This document shows positions 57,477 through 64,000 of a stretch of 64,000 bases of DNA, piece after piece. This DNA comes from a virus. Positions within the stretch are counted from its first letter, which is position 1. The number at the start of each line of letters is the position of its first letter. The stretch covers positions 1 to 64,000 of the IMG/VR virus record IMGVR_UViG_3300032116_000033; one strand, given 5' to 3'. The notes beneath the pieces were generated by a model. That model was not told the DNA's origin. It saw nothing but the letters and a program-made list of their open reading frames with translations, and ran no database searches. The translations under genes were made by a program, and so were the position numbers.

Positions 57477-58838
57477 ATGCCAAAAGGTGTCGTAGAGACT
57501 CAAGCCCAAGAGAAGAAGTGGGAGCGAGCAAAAGACATCGCAGAGAAGCAGGGCAAAGGAAAGCGGTGGCCCTTGATAATGCACATCTTCAAGGAACTTG
57601 GAGGCATGTCAAAGGTCGAGGGCGAGGACAGGAACGTGCTCATCGAGCGCGCCCTTGAGCGCCAAGGAAAAAAGACCGTCATGCCAGACGAGGTTCATCA
57701 GGTTCTTCACTCGTGGTGGAACGACAACAATGCAAAGAAGCTCACACATGAGCAGCATCAGGCTTTAGCGGACATCAAGACCGCAAAGAACAAGCCAAAG
57801 CCTAACTTGAAGCTCGCTAAGGCGCGCGAGCTAGAGGGCCTGTATGGTGCACTTAGCGCGCTTCGTCAGGTGATCGCAGAAGACCTGCGCAAAGACAGCA
57901 AGAAGTCATCGTCTCGCGAGTGGGAGATGAGCAAGAACCACACTCCTCAGGAGATGGCCGAGATGAACAAGCTGATCCAGGAGGGATACCATCCTCGCGA
58001 GGCAGCGCATCTTGTGTCTAAGGGACTAGGCGGCCGCGGCGAGCCTCGCGACTTCATGCGTGCTCTGACCAGCGGTGTAAAGCCAACCATGATGTCAGAC
58101 AAGATGATGGGCGAGATGCGCGACGTCGCCAGACAGTGGCTCGACAACTACCACACCAAGACGGCAAAATACCTCGAGCCAGAGAAGAATCCCATCAAGC
58201 ACGCTTCGGCGCAGATGAAGGCAGCTCACCAGGGCAGATCGGCAAAGTTCGACAAAGAGTTCTCAGATTTCCTTGCTTCGGACGAGCTCAAGGGAAAATC
58301 TCCCATGGAGCGACACAAAGCGGTCCAAGCCTGGAAAACCGACTGGCGCTCCAAGAACCCAGAGCACGACGCCTCGATAGTCGACGTAAACCAGGCCGGA
58401 AAGCAGTTCAAGGAATCTGAGGCCGCTCGTCGTCAACACGTCGACGAGATCAAGGCGCATCTCGTTCACGGCGGCATGCCGGTCGAGTCTGCGTCTGGCG
58501 AGGAGTTCGAATCTGCACCGATGACCGGTCGCGCGGTGGCCGAGCACATGGGCCTAAAGCAGGACGAGGAAGGCGGCATGCAGTACGCTACGACAAAAGA
58601 TCCTGCGATGCAGTTTGCCGGTGCCCACAAGAAGTTCATCGAGAGCCAGCTTGCTCCTCAGGTTCGCGCAAAGCAGGCACAGCAAGCACCCGCAGCGCCC
58701 GTAGCAGTGTCGGCAGAGCCGAAACCCGCAGCGCCGGCTGAGCCAGCGAAAGCAGTCATAAGACGCCGAGCCTCGCCAGAGCAGGTCGAGCGAATGTCCC
58801 GCATAGACGCAGCCAAGATGGCAGAGAAGAAGGGGTAA
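57477..58838 (+). CDS. hypothetical protein (putative internal head protein)
   Basis: Charged and helical; EKKWERAK motif; Ala/Pro tail. Confidence 0.6.
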   Translation: MPKGVVETQAQEKKWERAKDIAEKQGKGKRWPLIMHIFKELGGMSKVEGEDRNVLIERALERQGKKTVMPDEVHQVLHSWWNDNNAKKLTHEQHQALADIKTAKNKPKPNLKLAKARELEGLYGALSALRQVIAEDLRKDSKKSSSREWEMSKNHTPQEMAEMNKLIQEGYHPREAAHLVSKGLGGRGEPRDFMRALTSGVKPTMMSDKMMGEMRDVARQWLDNYHTKTAKYLEPEKNPIKHASAQMKAAHQGRSAKFDKEFSDFLASDELKGKSPMERHKAVQAWKTDWRSKNPEHDASIVDVNQAGKQFKESEAARRQHVDEIKAHLVHGGMPVESASGEEFESAPMTGRAVAEHMGLKQDEEGGMQYATTKDPAMQFAGAHKKFIESQLAPQVRAKQAQQAPAAPVAVSAEPKPAAPAEPAKAVIRRRASPEQVERMSRIDAAKMAEKKG

Positions 58839-58841
58839 GAC

Positions 58842-59675
58842 ATGGCAATCAGCAACTCGCCGAACAATCCTCCGTTTCCGTTCATGGAGGGCGAAGAGAA
58901 AGAACCAGGGAGTGTGACCCGCTACCTGTCGCTTCCTACTGCCCAGACGCTCAAGGATACTAGTCTGTTCGGCATACCGCTGAAGTCTGCGCTCACCGGG
59001 CAGACCTTGTCAGACGACACGCTCGATAAGTACATCATTAAAGCGATCTCGAGCCTAGAGCACACCCTCAATATGTTCATAACTCCTGTGCACTTCGAGG
59101 AGAGACACGACTACGATCGCGAGATCTGGACGCAGCAGTACGCCTGGGTTAAACTGAACAACTCGCCCATACTCGACGTGCAGTCGGTCCAGCTCAGCTT
59201 CGGCAACGGAACCCCGCTTCCTCCGCTGGTAGAATTTCCTTTGGAATTCGTGTACGTCAACGGTCAAGAAGGTGCGATTCGTTTAGTTCCTGTTTTAGGA
59301 ACGCCTACGTCTGGTTTTGTTCTGTCTTCTTTCGCGGGCGCGCAGTTCATGGCTTTGATCGCCATGGGGATCTGGAACTTTCCTGGTGCGGTGCTTGTTA
59401 AATATCGCGCTGGATTCGAGCCAAACAAAGTCCCAGCGATGATATCGGGCTTGATAGAGAAGATGGCAGCGTACATGGTTTTGAGCACGATAGGGCATCT
59501 ACTGTTTCCATACAGTTCGGTAGGGATATCACTAGACGGGACCGGGCAAAATGTGGGCCTTCCCGGCCCGCAGTTTCTAGCAGCCAGACTGCAGCAACTG
59601 CAACAGCAGATTCAAGAAGAGACCGATGCGGCTAAAAACTACTATTTAAAGAAGTTCCTGATCGACCATATCTGA
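58842..59675 (+). CDS. head-tail connector/neck protein
   Basis: YIIKAISSLEHTL...PILDVQSV...VKYRAGF...SVGISLDG pattern. Confidence 0.7.
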   Translation: MAISNSPNNPPFPFMEGEEKEPGSVTRYLSLPTAQTLKDTSLFGIPLKSALTGQTLSDDTLDKYIIKAISSLEHTLNMFITPVHFEERHDYDREIWTQQYAWVKLNNSPILDVQSVQLSFGNGTPLPPLVEFPLEFVYVNGQEGAIRLVPVLGTPTSGFVLSSFAGAQFMALIAMGIWNFPGAVLVKYRAGFEPNKVPAMISGLIEKMAAYMVLSTIGHLLFPYSSVGISLDGTGQNVGLPGPQFLAARLQQLQQQIQEETDAAKNYYLKKFLIDHI

Positions 59676-59693
59676 AACACCAAGGATCGACGT

Positions 59694-60554
59694 ATGCCGA
59701 AAGCACTGCATAAAAAGAAATGGCACAATATCTCAGACATCGAGAAGTGCGAAGACGGCTTCAGATACCAGCTCGAAGGCATCGACGGCAAAGTTTACGC
59801 CAAAGACATCGACGACGTGAAGATGTCTAAAGCTGAGATGCACGAGATCAAGAACCCAGACGGATCCATCACGAGAGGCCCTGGCAAAGAACCGCTCATG
59901 AAGCCGATGAAGAAATCCATCCACGAGCGGTGGGAGATGATAAAGGCGATGATAAGCCACGAGCAAGCTTTCATGCCCATGGAAGATCAAGACGAAGATC
60001 AGCAGCCTCAGGAAGATCAAGACCAACCTACGCAGGCTGGCATAAAGGGCCCAGACGTGGACGACGCGTCAGATGCGGTGGACGCCAGCCAACTAGGAGG
60101 ACAAGATGGTCTGGTATCGGGAGGAAGCGATGATGGACAGCAGCTCCAAGGCGATGCTGTTCAGGATGGTGCTGGCGTCGCTCAGGATAGTGGCGGGTCC
60201 GAAGTGGACCAAGATGCCGGTTCAGACCTACTCGGTGAAGAGGAACTCGCCCAGCTCCTAGAGCAGGAAGGGTACTCTCCAGCAGAGATTGCCCACATCG
60301 TCCACGGCCACACACCGGTGCAAGACCCAGCCGCGCAGCAGATGGATCTTGAGCAGGCGCGCGAGCAGGAGAAGCATGACCACAAGATGGATCACAGCCG
60401 CAGCGAGAGCGACTTAAAGCTCGACCACGCAAAGCGCATGGCAGACCTGGAGCACGACCACGCCAAGCGCGAGAAAGAGATGAGACTTAAATATCTAGAG
60501 GAAGAGCTCAAATCAAAAGTTGAGAACCTCAAGAACAGATCTAAAGGTGAGTGA
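59694..60554 (+). CDS. acidic hypothetical protein (putative head protein)
   Basis: D/Q-rich middle; GYSPAEIAHIVHG; C-terminal coil. Confidence 0.6.
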   Translation: MPKALHKKKWHNISDIEKCEDGFRYQLEGIDGKVYAKDIDDVKMSKAEMHEIKNPDGSITRGPGKEPLMKPMKKSIHERWEMIKAMISHEQAFMPMEDQDEDQQPQEDQDQPTQAGIKGPDVDDASDAVDASQLGGQDGLVSGGSDDGQQLQGDAVQDGAGVAQDSGGSEVDQDAGSDLLGEEELAQLLEQEGYSPAEIAHIVHGHTPVQDPAAQQMDLEQAREQEKHDHKMDHSRSESDLKLDHAKRMADLEHDHAKREKEMRLKYLEEELKSKVENLKNRSKGE

Positions 60555-60555
60555 T

Positions 60556-60906
60556 ATGGAAAAGCTTATCAAGTCAGACAACGGCCAGTGGGCGCTGGTA
60601 AAAGCGGCACCAAAGGGCGTAAACAAAGAAAAATGGGATCGCTGCGTAGAAGACGTCAAGGCAGAAGGTAAAGTAGAGAGCCCGCATGCTGTCTGCACCG
60701 CTGCTATGGCAAAGGAAGAAGACCACGACTCGAAGATGCTCTTCTCACAGCTCGAGGCGATCATGCACCATATCAAAGAAATAAGAGAAGCGATGTCTCC
60801 TGAGGAAGATGCTCCGGACTGGGTTGATGCCAAGATCACAGAAGCGGCCAAGCAGTTGTCAGACGTCGCGCACTACATCCAGGGCGAGAAAGCCGCGAAG
60901 AAGTAA
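60556..60906 (+). CDS. hypothetical protein with N-terminal NGQW tag
   Basis: MEKLIKSDNGQWALVKA; KWDRCV..VK..AVC and PDWVDAKIT mini-domains. Confidence 0.65.
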   Translation: MEKLIKSDNGQWALVKAAPKGVNKEKWDRCVEDVKAEGKVESPHAVCTAAMAKEEDHDSKMLFSQLEAIMHHIKEIREAMSPEEDAPDWVDAKITEAAKQLSDVAHYIQGEKAAKK

Positions 60907-60916
60907 GGACAGCAAC

Positions 60917-61594
60917 ATGTCAGAAGTCGAAAAGATAGCGGATCTACTGAAAGCGATGCTTAGGAGCGACCAGCCTAACGTCCGCAAGCCTACTCCTTCT
61001 CAGTGGAAGAGCTTGAGCCAAGGCCAGCTGCAGCAGATGGGCACCAAATGGAAAGACACCATACCAAAAGATCATCCCGATCACGCGGCGATGGTCTCTC
61101 ACGTAAACTTTCTGATCGGCTCGGGTAACATACAGGACGCTGGGCAGCTAAGCGATCGGTACCTCACAGGCGGCGGGGACCACGCCAAAGACAGACCCAT
61201 GAACAAGTCCTTAGACGATTCTTCAATAAACATAATAGCTTACTCAGACGGTACCGTGGATCTAGAGTTCGGTCCTGACGTTTCAGAAGTCTTAGAAAAG
61301 TCCGCTGTAGAATATATAAGGTCTCAAGGTTACGAGGAGATACTGGACAAAGGCCTTAAGGCAGAGCACAAGAGCCCCAAAGGCGGCATGACCGCTGCTG
61401 GAGTAAAGGCTTACCGCCGCGAGAATCCAGGATCAAAGCTTCAGACCGCGGTCTCAGAGAAGAACCCAAAGGGCAAGCGGGCCAAGCGCAGGAGATCTTT
61501 CTGCGCCAGGATGTCCGGCATGCCGGGGCCGATGAAGGACAAAAAAGGTAGACCGACCCGCAAAGCTCTAGCACTTAGGAGATGGCGATGCTGA
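60917..61594 (+). CDS. hypothetical protein with basic C-terminal domain (DUF6321-like)
   Basis: KSPKGGMTAAGVKAYRRENPGSKL...RRRSFCARM...ALRRWRC. Confidence 0.65.
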   Translation: MSEVEKIADLLKAMLRSDQPNVRKPTPSQWKSLSQGQLQQMGTKWKDTIPKDHPDHAAMVSHVNFLIGSGNIQDAGQLSDRYLTGGGDHAKDRPMNKSLDDSSINIIAYSDGTVDLEFGPDVSEVLEKSAVEYIRSQGYEEILDKGLKAEHKSPKGGMTAAGVKAYRRENPGSKLQTAVSEKNPKGKRAKRRRSFCARMSGMPGPMKDKKGRPTRKALALRRWRC

Positions 61595-61902
61595 CCGTTA
61601 AGGAAGAGTTGATGGCCCTTTACAAGGCAAAGCCGGAGCTTATCGAAGAGCATAAGCGACTGGTCGGCGTACTTCGTTCTGGCTCTAAAAAAGAGCAGAT
61701 CGACGAAGCCAAGCGTCAGCTAAAAGAACTTAAAGAGATGATGGCCAAGAAAGAGCGCTGCTGGGAAGGCTACGAGCCCACCCCAGGTAAGAAGCCTTAC
61801 GAGAAGGGCTCATGTCAGCCGATCAAGAAAGACGACGAGGTCCTCAAGGTAGAGACAAACGGCCAGTGGTCGTTGGGTAAGTCTAAATTAAGATATAAAT
61901 AA
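61588..61902 (+). CDS. hypothetical protein with C-terminal NGQW tag
   Basis: CWEGYEPTPGKKPYEKGSC; EVLKVETNGQWSLGKS. Confidence 0.65.
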   Translation: MLTVKEELMALYKAKPELIEEHKRLVGVLRSGSKKEQIDEAKRQLKELKEMMAKKERCWEGYEPTPGKKPYEKGSCQPIKKDDEVLKVETNGQWSLGKSKLRYK

Positions 61903-61946
61903 TATTGTCTTATTAAGAGCTAATAGTGGCTTAAGGATTTCTAAAT

Positions 61947-62528
61947 ATGCAGGTAATTGTTTGCAACAATTGTAAAAATACAAAATCTATAGATTGTTTC
62001 TATAGTTATAGTTTAACTAAATGTAAAGCTTGTTTTTCTGAATATCAAAAAGCATATCATGCTGCGAACAAAGACAAAAGATCAGAATATGCAAAAGAGC
62101 ATTATAAAGCAAATAGAGAAAATCATTTACTTAAAAACAAACAGTATTATTTAGAAAATAAGCTCAAACACCAAGAGGCATGTAGGTTAAGATCTCTTGA
62201 AAGAAGGCGCTCTGATATACAATATAAGTTGACTAAATTGTTAAGAAAAAGATTAAATAGCGCCATAAAGAACAAAGCTAAATCAGGCTCTGCTGTTAGA
62301 GATGTTGGGTGTACAATTGAGGAATTAAAGACTTATTTGGAGTCTAAATTTCAACCTGGCATGACATGGGAAAATTGGTCGCTAACTGGCTGGCACATAG
62401 ATCATATAGTTCCATTAAGTAAATTTGATCTAACCGATTCAGATCAACTAAGAAAAGCATGTCATTATACTAATTTGCAACCAATGTGGGCGAAAGACAA
62501 TCTTATAAAGAGTAATAAATATGTCTAA
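61947..62528 (+). CDS. HNH homing endonuclease
   Basis: GMTWENW..GWHIDHIVP...HYTNLQPMW; very AT-rich. Confidence 0.82.
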   Translation: MQVIVCNNCKNTKSIDCFYSYSLTKCKACFSEYQKAYHAANKDKRSEYAKEHYKANRENHLLKNKQYYLENKLKHQEACRLRSLERRRSDIQYKLTKLLRKRLNSAIKNKAKSGSAVRDVGCTIEELKTYLESKFQPGMTWENWSLTGWHIDHIVPLSKFDLTDSDQLRKACHYTNLQPMWAKDNLIKSNKYV

Positions 62529-63015
62529 TGAAAAAATAATCACATCGCCAAATGGCCAATGGTCTCTTGTTAAATCCAACTACGGCCCCAAGGACATGGG
62601 TCTCTACAACCCTGTAGACAACATCAAGCGCAAGCAGACCAGGACCGGCGAAGAGCTGGAGCACGTAGGGCAGAACAAAGGCGTCCGCGAGTACACTTCT
62701 GCTCTGCAGGGTACCGCTAGCCAGCAGGCGTCCGCCCAGGCAAAAGCAGACAAGAAGCGCTCCAAGGAAAACCCCGTCAAGACCATGAAAGACATGACTT
62801 CTGAGGAACTGGAGTCTATAAAGGCAAAGTACGCTTCCAAGGCAGAGCTGCACAAGACTCTCACAGATGCAGAGGCTGCAGATCTTATGCGCCATGTGTC
62901 TATGCGTCAGCCGTCCGACAGCGAGATCGCCATGCTGCTTGAGTACAACCATAGAAGAATCGAGCAAGCACAGCAAGCTCAAGTCAAACAACCAGAGGAA
63001 GAGTTCGGATACTGA
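62521..63015 (+). CDS. hypothetical protein with N-terminal NGQW tag
   Basis: MSNEKIITSPNGQWSLVKS. Confidence 0.65.
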   Translation: MSNEKIITSPNGQWSLVKSNYGPKDMGLYNPVDNIKRKQTRTGEELEHVGQNKGVREYTSALQGTASQQASAQAKADKKRSKENPVKTMKDMTSEELESIKAKYASKAELHKTLTDAEAADLMRHVSMRQPSDSEIAMLLEYNHRRIEQAQQAQVKQPEEEFGY

Positions 63016-63016
63016 T

Positions 63017-63766
63017 ATGCTAGAGAAATTCTGGAAAGAGGTGCCATCGCAGTTCTTTACCGCCACCGGAACATCGGACGGCGTTGTGACCGTTGCTGCG
63101 ACCTCACCGTTCAAGATCAAGCAGTTCGTGGTCGTGCTTAACCCGAGTCTTCCGTCCATAGTCGGCGAGATAAAGGCGATACTGTCCGAGACGCAGATTG
63201 CCATCGGGCCTCAGGGGCCAAACCCCAACATGCGCATAGATTTCTCTTCCTACGGAACCAGCTCGACCATAAGTGCGCCGGAGCAGCCTAGGCCGTCGAT
63301 CCCCATCCAGGAGATCGATCGCTGGACCTACGAGGAAGAGCCGACCGTTGCTCGCAGGACCATACCCGTCGACGAAGCGGGCAATATCCTGAAGTTCGTG
63401 AGATCTGCACCGGGCCAGGCTAAGAGCATGGCGGTAAACGTAGACAACCTTACCTTCACCACGTTCAACGAGGCAAGGGTATCAGACTCGCTGCAGGGCA
63501 ACGCTCAGGGGCAGGCTATAAGCGTAGGCAACAGCCCCATAGAGGCTAAAGGCGGCGCTACCGCGCTTGCCACTCGCAAGGGCCTCTTCATCATGCCCAT
63601 AGACAAGAACATGTACATGGGATTCAGCAACGCTGTGACTGTCGTCAACGGCATGCCGATCTTCATAAACCAGATGATCTATATCCCTGCCACCGCTCAG
63701 ATGAGCATATGGCTCGTGCACAACCACTCAGGAAGTGCTGAAGCTAGGATCTGGGAGGTCGGTTAA
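63017..63766 (+). CDS. hypothetical virion protein
   Basis: Start MLEKFW right after the previous stop; beta-rich. Confidence 0.6.
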   Translation: MLEKFWKEVPSQFFTATGTSDGVVTVAATSPFKIKQFVVVLNPSLPSIVGEIKAILSETQIAIGPQGPNPNMRIDFSSYGTSSTISAPEQPRPSIPIQEIDRWTYEEEPTVARRTIPVDEAGNILKFVRSAPGQAKSMAVNVDNLTFTTFNEARVSDSLQGNAQGQAISVGNSPIEAKGGATALATRKGLFIMPIDKNMYMGFSNAVTVVNGMPIFINQMIYIPATAQMSIWLVHNHSGSAEARIWEVG

Positions 63767-64000
63767 TGTTTAACACGTTCTTTACACCGACCGCTGAGTC
63801 TATTCCGGTATCCGGAAGCGGTCTTGGTTCATTGAACGTGCTAGACGCGTTAAAGAAGCTCGCGTTCCTGACGCAGGCGTCTAACCTTCTGAACCAGGAC
63901 GGAGACATCGTCCTAAGGATCGGCGCCTCACCGACCTCGGTGATACTGTCTAGTCCCGTAGGGCGCTGGGAGGTTAAGGCGACCGACGAAGGCGAGCTCT
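63766..64000 (+). CDS. partial (3'-truncated) hypothetical protein
   Basis: GGAGG RBS; TAATG overlap; frame open to the window end. Confidence 0.55.
   Translation, partial: MFNTFFTPTAESIPVSGSGLGSLNVLDALKKLAFLTQASNLLNQDGDIVLRIGASPTSVILSSPVGRWEVKATDEGEL

Noticed and set aside
3797-63727. Long antisense or alternative-frame ORFs in the track (e.g. 3797-4702, 7977-8819, 15155-15862, 43058-43741, 50674-51360, 62503-63204)
   Set aside because: Shadows of well-supported genes, expected from the codon bias; no recognisable motifs
1-64000. tRNA, tmRNA or rRNA genes; prophage boundaries
   Set aside because: No cloverleaf or T-loop signature recognised in the few intergenic gaps; no integrase or host-like gene block; groEL, recA and dnaE are divergent and sit among phage genes

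Overview
64 kb of a large tailed dsDNA phage genome; no host housekeeping operons, integrase, tRNA, rRNA or CRISPR array were recognised. From left to right: (1) a cluster of tail-fibre/adhesin-like genes with GC/AT-mosaic domains (1-7.5 kb); (2) a minus-strand block with small membrane proteins, a DnaB-like helicase, a lambda-O-like initiator containing 22-bp iterons and a primase (7.5-13 kb); (3) a replication/recombination/metabolism block (SF2 helicase, dUTPase, degenerate DNA methyltransferase, GroEL-like chaperonin, Rad50/Mre11, RuvC, exonuclease-fused DnaE, SSB, RecA; 13-35 kb); (4) packaging and head genes (terminase, portal, prohead protease, scaffold, major capsid, neck, putative internal head proteins; 35-64 kb), with nine free-standing homing-endonuclease-like genes across the window. 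The top finding is a fractured terminase large subunit: two genes that appear to be joined by a natural split intein (99-aa IntN, 44-aa IntC). The halves are separated by two endonuclease genes and each half carries its own cis intein. Other notable signals are a recurrent TATAAT-in-hairpin architecture that hides ribosome-binding sites, a 15-residue E[KV][LI]x4NGQWxLxK tag shared by four otherwise dissimilar small proteins, a copy of the capsid N-terminus inside the prohead protease, and a candidate structured ncRNA upstream of dUTPase. All calls come from reading motifs by eye; no database search or folding software was run.
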